A stretch of 64,000 nt of DNA from an uncultured Gemmatimonadaceae bacterium. Lineage in GTDB: Bacteria > Gemmatimonadota > Gemmatimonadetes > Gemmatimonadales > Gemmatimonadaceae. Position numbers and translations under genes: made by a program. The stretch lies in the NCBI GenBank assembly GCA_963761305.1, contig CAVXGK010000002.1:2496001-2560000 (forward strand), in the 5' to 3' direction. The notes beneath the pieces are model-generated. The model saw only the letters and a list, made by a program, of their open reading frames with translations, did not search any database and was not told where the DNA came from. Shown piece after piece: positions 37,913-46,612 of the stretch; position 1 is the first letter of the stretch; the number at the start of each line of letters is the position of its first letter.

Positions 37913-39313
37913 ATGAGCACCACATTGGCCGCGCCGACTGGGGGGGGGGCCTCTCCATCGGGCGAGCTCCGAGCCACCGGCACGCTGGACATCAAGGACT
38001 CTCGCACCGACAAGTCCTACTCCGTTCAAATCGTGCAGGGCGGCGTCGAAGGCGACACGGCCTCGCGCGCGATGGATCTCCGGCAGATCAAGACGTCGCC
38101 CGACGAATTCGGTCTGATGACGTACGATCCCGCTTTCATGAATACGGCGTCGTGCAAGAGCGCGATCACCTTTATTGACGGCGACAAGGGAATCCTCCGC
38201 TACCGCGGCTATCCCATCGAACAGCTCGCCGAGAAATCGACATTTCTCGAAGTGGCGTGGCTGCTCCGCAACGGCGAGCTGCCCACGCAGAGCGAGTACG
38301 ACTCGTGGGTGCACGACATCACGTACCACACGTACGTGCACGAGAACATCAAGACGTTCCTGCAGGGCTTCCGCTACGACGCGCATCCGATGTCGATGCT
38401 CTGCTCGACCGTCGCGGCGCTGTCGTCGTTCTATCCGGAAGCGAAGAACATCCACGAGCCGGAGCAGCGGAACATTTCGATCATCCGCTTGCTCGCCAAG
38501 CTGCCGACGCTCGCCGCGTTCTGCTACCGGCACATCAAGGGTCTGCCCTTCATCTATCCCGACAACGACCTGAGCTACGTCGAGAATTTCCTGTCGATGG
38601 TGGCGCGGATGTCGGAGCCGAAGTACGAGGCGAATCCTGTTTTCGTGAACGCGCTGGAGATTTTGTTCATTCTCCACGCGGACCACGAACAGAATTGCTC
38701 GACCAGCGCGGTGCGCGCCGTCGGGTCATCGTACGTCGACCCGTTCTCGGCGATCGCGGCCGGCGTCGCGGCACTGTACGGCCCACTGCACGGCGGCGCG
38801 AACGAGCAGGTGCTCCGCATGATCAGCGAGATCGGCCACCCGAAGAACGTCGCCGGCTTTATCGACGACGTGAAGGGCGGAAAGGGGAGCCGCCTCATGG
38901 GCTTCGGCCACCGCGTGTACAAGAGCTACGATCCGCGCGCCAAGATCGTGAAGAAGCTGGCCGACGAGGTGTTCAAACAGGTCGGCGTGGACAAGGATCT
39001 CGAGATCGCGCTCAAGCTCGAGGAAGCGGCGCTGCACGACGACTACTTCATCTCGCGCAAGCTCTATCCGAACGTCGACTTCTACACGGGGCTGATCTAT
39101 CGGTCGATGGCGTTCCCGACCGACTTCTTCACCGTGCTCTTTGCCGTCGCGCGCACCGCCGGTTGGCTCGCGCAGTGGGAAGAGATGCTCAACGACAAGG
39201 AGCAGAAGATCGCGCGCCCGCGGCAGATCTACACCGGCTATGGCGAACGGCCGTTCAAGTCCCGGCTGTCGAACCGGTTTCCGCCCGCGAAGCGCGACCC
39301 GATGAAAGTGTAA
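37913..39313 (+). CDS. gltA: Citrate synthase
   Basis: TYDPAFMNTASCKSAITFIDGDKGILRYRGY, HADHEQNCST, GPLHGGANE, MGFGHRVYK and YPNVDFY. Confidence 0.97.
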   Translation: MSTTLAAPTGGGASPSGELRATGTLDIKDSRTDKSYSVQIVQGGVEGDTASRAMDLRQIKTSPDEFGLMTYDPAFMNTASCKSAITFIDGDKGILRYRGYPIEQLAEKSTFLEVAWLLRNGELPTQSEYDSWVHDITYHTYVHENIKTFLQGFRYDAHPMSMLCSTVAALSSFYPEAKNIHEPEQRNISIIRLLAKLPTLAAFCYRHIKGLPFIYPDNDLSYVENFLSMVARMSEPKYEANPVFVNALEILFILHADHEQNCSTSAVRAVGSSYVDPFSAIAAGVAALYGPLHGGANEQVLRMISEIGHPKNVAGFIDDVKGGKGSRLMGFGHRVYKSYDPRAKIVKKLADEVFKQVGVDKDLEIALKLEEAALHDDYFISRKLYPNVDFYTGLIYRSMAFPTDFFTVLFAVARTAGWLAQWEEMLNDKEQKIARPRQIYTGYGERPFKSRLSNRFPPAKRDPMKV

Positions 39314-39325
39314 GTCCGCGGGAAG

Positions 39326-39915
39326 TCAGACAGGCTTGCCGCGCGACAGCTTCAAGACCGTGTCCCACTCTTTCGGCGTGACCGGCTGCACCGACAGCCG
39401 GCCAAGCCGGACGAGGGCCATCGACGCGAGCGCCTTCGTCTTTTTGATCTCGTCCAGCGAGACGGGGCGCGGCAACGGTTCGATGCCGCGGATGTCGACC
39501 ATGAACCACGTCGGCGCGTCGGCGTTGCTCTTGGGATCGAAGTGCGGGTCGTTGGGGTCGAGCGCCGAATGGTCCGGATATGCCTCGCGCGCGACCTCGG
39601 CGATGCCGACGATGGCCGACGGATCGGCGTTCGAGTGGTAGAAGAAGACCCGGTCGCCCTTCTTCATCGCCCGCAAATGGCCACGCGCGGCGAAATTCCG
39701 GACGCCGTCCCAGAACGTGGTTCGATCCGGGAGCCCCAGCAGATCGCCGAACGAGAACGTGTTTGGCTCCGATTTGACGAGCCAGTAGCCGCCGCTTTCG
39801 GCGGCCGCGGGTCGCGGGCGAGAGCGTTTCGCGCCGCGCTTCGCTGGAGCTCGCTTGGCGGGAGCGGACGACTTGCGACTCTTGGTGCGCTTCGGGGGGG
39901 AGTTGCTTTGGGCAT
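39326..39915 (-). CDS. EVE domain protein with a basic N-terminal tail, apparent frameshift in a C7 tract
   Basis: YWLVKSEP, WDGVRNFAAR, FFYHS and RLSVQPV. ATG 39915 is out of frame across the homopolymer. Confidence 0.85.
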
Positions 39916-39957
39916 CGGATGAGCGCGGTGGGACCGACAACAGCCTAGTTTTCGCGC

Positions 39958-40539
39958 GTGAACATCGCAAGCGGTTTCGGAGCGATCGTCCTCGGCGTGA
40001 AGTCGGCTTTGCTCGCCATTGGAGGCCTCGTCGCGCTCGCCTGCGTCCTCGACTGGGCAGTGCGGACGCGTCGAATCAATCCGTTCAGCAGAGCGGCGCG
40101 CTTCGTTCGCGCGCGCGTCGATCCGCTGATGTCGCCGATCGAGCGGGTCATCGTGCGCACCGGTGGGGTGCCGTCGTCGGCGCCGCTGTGGATGATCGTC
40201 GGCTACGCGCTGTTCGGCATCCTGCTCGTGACGCTGCTTCAGCTACTCGGCGGCGTGCTCGCCGAGGTAGCCTACGGCGTCCGAACGCCGGCGGCGATCC
40301 CGATCCTGCTCGCCTCGTGGGCGTTCTCGCTGCTCCGGCTGGCGCTTCTGGTGCGCGTGATCTCGTCGTGGCTGCCGATTTCGCCGTATTCGGGATGGAT
40401 TCGCTGGTCGTACGTGCTCACGGAGTGGATGGTCGCGCCGCTGCGGCGGCTGATTCCGAACCTCGGACCGATCGACATCACGCCGATCGTCGCCTGGCTC
40501 TTGCTCAGTTTGTTGCAGAGCGTGCTCGGCGTTCCGTGA
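39958..40539 (+). CDS. yggT: YggT family membrane protein
   Basis: VRVISSW...LTEWMVAPLRRLIP...IDITPIVA. Confidence 0.85.
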   Translation: MNIASGFGAIVLGVKSALLAIGGLVALACVLDWAVRTRRINPFSRAARFVRARVDPLMSPIERVIVRTGGVPSSAPLWMIVGYALFGILLVTLLQLLGGVLAEVAYGVRTPAAIPILLASWAFSLLRLALLVRVISSWLPISPYSGWIRWSYVLTEWMVAPLRRLIPNLGPIDITPIVAWLLLSLLQSVLGVP

Positions 40540-40844
40540 GTCCGCTCCGCGTGAACGTATCGAAGGGTCGAGTCCGGTTGTCGGTTCGCGTTCAGCCGCG
40601 AGCGGCGCGCAGCGAGATCGTCGGCGTTCACGGCGACGCGCTCAAGGTGCGACTCGCCGCGCCGCCGGTGGATGGCGCGGCGAATGAAGAGTTGGTTCAA
40701 TTGTTTTCACGTACCTTCGCAGTGGCGCGGCGATCGGTTAGAATTCTCGCCGGCGAGCACTCGCGATCGAAGATCGTCGAGATCGATGGAGTCACGGACG
40801 GCGCCATTCGCGCCGTCGTCGAAGGCGGGGGTGGGGCTCAATGA
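40536..40844 (+). CDS. yggU: DUF167/YggU family protein
   Basis: VRVQPRA, LKVRLAAPPVDGAANEEL and GEHSRSK. Confidence 0.9.
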   Translation: MSPLRVNVSKGRVRLSVRVQPRAARSEIVGVHGDALKVRLAAPPVDGAANEELVQLFSRTFAVARRSVRILAGEHSRSKIVEIDGVTDGAIRAVVEGGGGAQ

Positions 40845-41278
40845 CGGGTTCTGCCGCGGAAACCATGGCGCAAATTCTTCTGATCGGCACGGAGACGCCT
40901 CTCCTCGAGGGTCTCGCCCAATCGTTCGCGGCGCTCGGACTCGGGACATCGGTGATTCCGACGCTCCACGAGGCGCGAGAGGTCGCGGCGCAGCAGGCTC
41001 CCCTGATCGCCCTCGTGAGCCACGCTCTCGCGGCCGAGTCGACTGGAGAGACGCTGAACATTCCGCTGGCTCCCGGCGGCGCGCTCGTGCTCTACCGAGC
41101 GGGCACGACCGGCACCGCGGCTCTGTCTCCGACGCTCCAACGCGCCGTGCTCGCGGATCTGGCTTTGCCGCTGGAACGAAACCGCCTCATCGCGCTCGTG
41201 CAGCACGTCGGCGAACGCGCGAAGACGACGGGCCGTGGTTTCGACGATTCGAATCGCGAGCGTCCGACGCGCGCCTGA
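40841..41278 (+). CDS. Hypothetical protein, degenerate receiver-like fold
   Basis: QILLIG...LLEGLAQSF...EAREV...LALPLERNRLIALV beta/alpha pattern without the phospho-Asp. Confidence 0.6.
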   Translation: MTGSAAETMAQILLIGTETPLLEGLAQSFAALGLGTSVIPTLHEAREVAAQQAPLIALVSHALAAESTGETLNIPLAPGGALVLYRAGTTGTAALSPTLQRAVLADLALPLERNRLIALVQHVGERAKTTGRGFDDSNRERPTRA

Positions 41279-41323
41279 CGCGCCTGACGCGTCTCTACCA
41301 AATCCGAGGCGTGTGAATCGTCG

Positions 41324-42883
41324 ATGACGACCTGGCGGATTGGTCTGTTCGCGCTAGCGCTGGGTTCGCTCGGCGCATCGGTGGCGGCGGCGCGCCATTC
41401 GGGGCCGCCGCGACTCCGCGTCATCGGCACGAACGACTTCCACGGTGCGCTCGAGCCGCGTCCCGATACGCGCGGCGTGTTGCGCGGTGGCGCGGCCGCG
41501 CTGGCGGCGACGATCGAGCGCGCCGAAGGCGAGTGCGCGGCGCCTGACTGCCAATGGATTCTGGTCGACGGCGGCGACGAATTCCAAGGCACGCTGGCGT
41601 CGAACCTGGCGTTCGGACACCCGGTGTCGGGGATCTTCAACGAGCTGCACTACACCGCGGCCGCGCTCGGGAATCACGAGTTCGACTGGGGACAGGACAC
41701 GCTTCGCGCGCGGATGCGCGAGGAGCACTACGACGTGCTCGCGGCGAACGTGCGCTACGAGGACGGTCGCGACGTTCCTTGGATTCGCGACGACACGCTC
41801 GTCACGCGGGGCCCGTTCAAGATCGGGATCATCGGTCTCGTCACCCGCAGCACCAAAACGGCGGCGAAGGCGAGCGTGATCGCCGGACTCCGGTTCGACG
41901 ACCCGGCGCCGATCGTCGACAGCCTGTCGGCCGACCTGCGCAGACGCGGCGCCAACACGGTGATCGTCGTCGCCCATTCCGGCGGCTTCTGCGACGCGAA
42001 CGGATCCGGCGCCTGCAGCGGCGAGATCTTCGACATGGTGCGTTCCCTCAAGGAACACATCGACCTGGTCGTCGCCGGCCATTCGCATTCGCTCATCAAC
42101 ACGGTCATCAACGGCGTGCCGATCGTCCAGGCGTACTCGCACGGTTCGGCGATCGATGTGGTGGACATTCCGCTTCTCGACCGCACGAACGGTGCGATAC
42201 GCCACGAGGTTCGAAGCGTCTATCCGGACTCGATCCGCCCCGATCCCACGATTGCCAAGGACGTCGACGCCGCCGTGGGCGCCGTCGCGTCTCGCGCCGC
42301 CGAGCACATTGCGACGATCGCCGAGGACATGCCGGGCACCGATGAATCGCCGCTCGGCGATCTCGTCGCCGACGCGATGCGCGCCGCCGGTCACGCGGAC
42401 TTCGGCGCGATGAATCACGGCGGCATTCGGGCGGCGCTGCACAAAGGGCTCGCGACCTACTCGGACGTCTTCGAGGTCCAGCCGTTCGGCAACACGCTCT
42501 ACAAGCTCACCGCCAAGGGCGCCGACATGCGGCGCTACTTCGAGAAGGTCGTCGGTGGCCGGCGGCCCAATGCATGGCTCAGCGGAGTTCAGCTCACGTT
42601 CGAGCCGACACGCCCGGCGGGATCACGGATCACGTCGATCACTCTGGCGGACGGGCGGCCGTTCGACGACGCGGCGACCTACGCGATCGTGATCAACGAT
42701 TTCATGCTCACCGGCGGCAGCGGACTCGGATTCCCCGGCCAGCCCATCTCCTCGCAATCGGCCGACATCACGGACCTCGACGCGATGATCGCCTATCTCA
42801 AGAGTGCTCCGCAACCGGTGCAGCCGCCCCGGGATGCGCGCATTCGAACGGCCGCGGCGACCGGTGGAACGAAAACGGGCTAG
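41324..42883 (+). CDS. Secreted bifunctional metallophosphoesterase/5'-nucleotidase
   Basis: TNDFHG, DGGD, GNHEFD, GHSH, NHGGIRA and QPFGN. Confidence 0.92.
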   Translation: MTTWRIGLFALALGSLGASVAAARHSGPPRLRVIGTNDFHGALEPRPDTRGVLRGGAAALAATIERAEGECAAPDCQWILVDGGDEFQGTLASNLAFGHPVSGIFNELHYTAAALGNHEFDWGQDTLRARMREEHYDVLAANVRYEDGRDVPWIRDDTLVTRGPFKIGIIGLVTRSTKTAAKASVIAGLRFDDPAPIVDSLSADLRRRGANTVIVVAHSGGFCDANGSGACSGEIFDMVRSLKEHIDLVVAGHSHSLINTVINGVPIVQAYSHGSAIDVVDIPLLDRTNGAIRHEVRSVYPDSIRPDPTIAKDVDAAVGAVASRAAEHIATIAEDMPGTDESPLGDLVADAMRAAGHADFGAMNHGGIRAALHKGLATYSDVFEVQPFGNTLYKLTAKGADMRRYFEKVVGGRRPNAWLSGVQLTFEPTRPAGSRITSITLADGRPFDDAATYAIVINDFMLTGGSGLGFPGQPISSQSADITDLDAMIAYLKSAPQPVQPPRDARIRTAAATGGTKTG

Positions 42884-42923
42884 CCATCGTCCGTCTGAGG
42901 GGTTTACACTATAGAACAACAGT

Positions 42924-42977
42924 CCGTGGCGATTTTTGGCAACTTGCGGCCACGTTAAACATTCCGCTAAAGCGCCG
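42924..42977 (+). ncRNA. SAM-II (SAM-alpha type) riboswitch aptamer
   Basis: CCGTGGC-GATTT-TTGGCAAC-TTGC-GGCCACG-TTAAAC...GCTAAA. P1 is CGTGGC/GCCACG, with SAM-II signature motifs, in the metH leader. Confidence 0.82.
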
Positions 42978-43010
42978 GCCCGAGCGCTAGCGTTGCGGGC
43001 ATTTTTCTTT
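42978..43010 (+). terminator. Intrinsic terminator in the metH leader
   Basis: GCCCG-AGCGC-TA-GCGTT-G-CGGGC followed by ATTTTTCTTT, 17 bp before the ATG. Confidence 0.75.
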
Positions 43011-43027
43011 GTCGCACGGCACCCTCG

Positions 43028-46000
43028 ATGGCTGACCCGACGTTCTCCCCTCGAACGACTACGCCCGCCCATCGCACGAACGAGTCCGCGTACCTGGCGG
43101 CCATCGCGCGCGGCGTGGTCGTGTTCGACGGCGCCATGGGGACGAACATCCAGCGGTTTCACCCCACGCCCGAAGACTTTGGCGGCAAGTCGCTCGAGGG
43201 GTGCAACGACCACCTGGTGCTCACCCGGCCCGACATCATCCAGTCGATCCACGAGTCGTTTCTCCAGGTGGGGTGCGACGTCGTCGAGACGTGCACCTTC
43301 CAGTCGACACCGCACCGCTTGCGCGAATGGGGGATCGAGGAAAAGACGCGCGAGTTGAACGTCGCGGCGGCCAGGCTCGCAAGGGCGGCGTGCGACAAGT
43401 ACGCCACGCCCGACCGTCCGCGGTTCGTCGCCGGGTCGATCGGACCGACGGGTTTGCTCCTCTCGAGCAGCGATCCGGTTCTCTCGAACACGACGTTCGC
43501 GGCGCTCGAGGAGAACTACTACACGCAAGCGAAGTATCTCGTAGAAGGGGGCGTCGACGTCCTCCTCATCGAGACGGCGCAGGACATCCTCGAGGTGAAG
43601 GCGGCGATCGCCGGCTTCGAGCGGTTGTTCGACGAGATCGGCCGGCGCGTGGCGGTCCAGGCTCAGGTCACGCTAGACACGAGCGGCCGCATGCTGCTCG
43701 GCACCGACATCGCCAGCGCGATGACGACGTTGGAGGCGCTGCCCATCGATGTGATTGGGCTCAACTGTTCGACGGGCCCCGAGCACATGCGCGAGCCGAT
43801 CCGCTTTCTCGCGGGCAACGCGTCGCGGCCGGTGTCGTGCATTCCGAACGCCGGACTTCCGCTCAACACGGGCACCGGCGACGCGGTCTATCCGCTCGAG
43901 CCGGAACCGATGGCCGCCATGCTCGGCGAATTCGTCGAGCAGTTCGGCGTGCGGATCGTCGGCGGATGTTGCGGCACGCGCCCCGAGCATCTGGCGGCGA
44001 TCGTCGAACGCGTGCGAGCGGGAACGACAGCGAAGCCGCCGGAAACCCACGCCGCGCCGGAGGCCGGCTCGGTGCGCGGATCGCGCGTGCCACGCGCGGC
44101 GTCGGCGATGCGCGCGACCGACTTCGACCAGAATCCCAAGCCGCTACTCATCGGCGAGCGGGTGAACTCGCAGGGCTCGCGCAAAGTGAAGCGCTTGCTT
44201 CTCGCCGACGACTACGAGGGCATCGGCACCGTCGCGCGCGAGCAGGTCGAGTCGGGCGCGCACGTGCTCGACGTGTGCGTCGCGCTCACCGAGCGCGCCG
44301 ACGAAGCCGAGCAGATGGCGAAGGTGGTGAAGCTGCTGTCGATGACCGTCGAGACGCCGATCATGATCGACTCGACGGAGCCGGCGGTCGTGCAGCGCGC
44401 GCTGGAAGCGATTCCGGGACGCGGCATCATCAACTCCATCAACATGGAGAACGGCCGCAAGCGCATCGACCAGGTCGTGCCGCTCGCCAAGCGCTACGGC
44501 GCGGCACTCGTCGCGCTCACGATCGACGAGATCGGGATGGCCAAGACGCGCGATCGGAAGCTCGAGGTCGCGAAGAAGATCTACGAGATCGTCGTCGGCG
44601 AGTACGGGCTCACGGCGCAGGACCTGATCTACGACGACCTCACGTTCACGCTGGCGACGGGCGACCCGGAGTGGATCGAGTCCGCCGTCGAGACGATCGA
44701 GGGCATTCGACTCATCAAGCGCGAGCTGCCGGGCGTGTTCACCAGCCTCGGCGTGTCGAACGTGAGCTTCGGCCTCGCGCCGGAAGCGCGGGCGGTTCTG
44801 AATTCCGTGTTCCTGCATCACTGTGTCGAGGCGGGGCTCGACATGGCGATCGTGAATCCGGCTCACGTGCAGCCGTACGCCGAGATTCCCGCCGACGAGC
44901 GCGCGCTGGCCGACGACCTGGTGTTCAATCGCCGGGCGGACGCGCTCCAGCGGTTCATCGAGCATTTCGAGGCGCGCAAGGGCGGCGGCAACGCACGCGC
45001 GTCGGAGGTCGAAGATCCCACCGCCTCGATGACGCTGGACGAGCGCGTCCACTGGATGGTGGTTCACCGGAAAAAGGAAGGCATCGAAGCGGCGCTCGAC
45101 GCGGCCGGCGTGCGCGAGCAACCGGTGCGCGTGCTCAACGAGGTGCTGCTGCCGGCGATGAAGGAAGTCGGCGACAAGTTCGGCGCCGGCGAGCTGATTC
45201 TGCCGTTCGTCTTGCAGTCGGCCGAGGTGATGAAAAAGGCGGTCAAGCATCTCGAGCAGTTTCTCGAGCGCGCGGAGGGTTACACCAAGGGCCGCGTGGT
45301 GCTGGCGACGGTCTATGGCGACGTGCACGACATCGGAAAATCGCTCGTCAACACCATTCTCTCGAACAACGGCTACACGGTGTTCGACCTCGGCAAACAG
45401 GTTCCTGTAAATACTATTATTGAGAAGGCGCTCGAGGTGAACGCCGACGCGATCGGACTCTCGGCGCTCCTCGTGTCGACGTCGAAACAAATGCCGCTGT
45501 GCGTGCAGGAGCTGGATCGGCGCGGACTCAAGATTCCCGTGCTGATCGGCGGCGCGGCCATCAACCGGCGGTTCGGCCGCCGCGCGATGTTCGTGGAGGG
45601 TGAGCGCGCGTACGACTCGGGCGTCTTCTATTGCAAGGACGCCTTCGAAGGACTCGAGACGATGGACCGCCTGCAGGACGGCGGCTCTCGCGATGCCTTC
45701 GTCGCCCGCCTGCTCGACGACGCGCGCAACGACAAGTTTCTCACGACGACGGTCGGCAAGGACGTCGCGGCGGGCGTTGCCGCCGGCGCGCGGAGCGACG
45801 TCAACGCCGACAACCCCGTTCCGGCGGCGCCGTTCTTCGGCGTGCGGACGCTCGACGACATTCCGCTCGACGAAGTGTTCTCGCTGCTCGATCTCGACGA
45901 GCTGTATCGCCTGCAATGGGGCGCTCGCGGATCGGGCGAAGCCTACGAAGCGACGGTGCGCGAGTTCGAGCCGACGCGCGCGCGTCTGCAGGAATCCGCG

Positions 46001-46612
46001 AAATGCGACGGTTGGCTGCGGCCGCGAGCCGTCTACGGACTCTTCCCCGCTCAATCGACGGGCAACCATCTCGTCATCTACGATCCCGCGGCGTACGCGA
46101 AAGACGGCACGACGCGCGAGATCTCGCGCTTCCATTTCCCCCGCCAGGACGGCCGCGAACGCCTCTGCATCGCCGACTACTTCCGTTCTGTCACCTCGAG
46201 CGACGTAGACGTCGTGGGCTTCCAGATCGTGACCGTCGGCGACGCGGCCAGCGAGCGATTCCAGTCGCTGCAAACGGCCGGCGAATACACCGAGGCGTTT
46301 TACGTGCACGGCCTCGCCGTCGAGACGGCGGAGGCGGTCGCCGAGTGGATGCATCGACGGATCCGGCACGAGCTGGGCGTGCCCGGCGGACAGGGCAAAC
46401 GATACTCGTGGGGCTACGGCGCCTGTCCCGACCTCGAGGACCACGCGCAGCTCTTCACGATTCTGCCGGCCGAGCAGTCACTCGGCATGCAACTCACGAG
46501 CGCGTTCCAGCTGATTCCCGAGCAGAGCACGGCGGCGATCATCGTGCATCACCCGCAGGCGAAGTACTACGCTGTGCGCGCCGAGGGCGCGAGCGCCGCC
46601 CCTCCCCGATGA
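43028..46612 (+). CDS. metH: Cobalamin-dependent methionine synthase
   Basis: DGAMGT, GLNCSTGP, GGCCGT, IGERVN, GDVHDIGK, SALL and a C-terminal activation domain (YSWGYGACP, PEQSTAA). Confidence 0.96.
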   Translation: MADPTFSPRTTTPAHRTNESAYLAAIARGVVVFDGAMGTNIQRFHPTPEDFGGKSLEGCNDHLVLTRPDIIQSIHESFLQVGCDVVETCTFQSTPHRLREWGIEEKTRELNVAAARLARAACDKYATPDRPRFVAGSIGPTGLLLSSSDPVLSNTTFAALEENYYTQAKYLVEGGVDVLLIETAQDILEVKAAIAGFERLFDEIGRRVAVQAQVTLDTSGRMLLGTDIASAMTTLEALPIDVIGLNCSTGPEHMREPIRFLAGNASRPVSCIPNAGLPLNTGTGDAVYPLEPEPMAAMLGEFVEQFGVRIVGGCCGTRPEHLAAIVERVRAGTTAKPPETHAAPEAGSVRGSRVPRAASAMRATDFDQNPKPLLIGERVNSQGSRKVKRLLLADDYEGIGTVAREQVESGAHVLDVCVALTERADEAEQMAKVVKLLSMTVETPIMIDSTEPAVVQRALEAIPGRGIINSINMENGRKRIDQVVPLAKRYGAALVALTIDEIGMAKTRDRKLEVAKKIYEIVVGEYGLTAQDLIYDDLTFTLATGDPEWIESAVETIEGIRLIKRELPGVFTSLGVSNVSFGLAPEARAVLNSVFLHHCVEAGLDMAIVNPAHVQPYAEIPADERALADDLVFNRRADALQRFIEHFEARKGGGNARASEVEDPTASMTLDERVHWMVVHRKKEGIEAALDAAGVREQPVRVLNEVLLPAMKEVGDKFGAGELILPFVLQSAEVMKKAVKHLEQFLERAEGYTKGRVVLATVYGDVHDIGKSLVNTILSNNGYTVFDLGKQVPVNTIIEKALEVNADAIGLSALLVSTSKQMPLCVQELDRRGLKIPVLIGGAAINRRFGRRAMFVEGERAYDSGVFYCKDAFEGLETMDRLQDGGSRDAFVARLLDDARNDKFLTTTVGKDVAAGVAAGARSDVNADNPVPAAPFFGVRTLDDIPLDEVFSLLDLDELYRLQWGARGSGEAYEATVREFEPTRARLQESAKCDGWLRPRAVYGLFPAQSTGNHLVIYDPAAYAKDGTTREISRFHFPRQDGRERLCIADYFRSVTSSDVDVVGFQIVTVGDAASERFQSLQTAGEYTEAFYVHGLAVETAEAVAEWMHRRIRHELGVPGGQGKRYSWGYGACPDLEDHAQLFTILPAEQSLGMQLTSAFQLIPEQSTAAIIVHHPQAKYYAVRAEGASAAPPR

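Noticed and set aside
42884..43027. Cobalamin or SAM-I riboswitch before metH
   Set aside because: The region is too short and lacks the B12-box and SAM-I core motifs. SAM-II fits.
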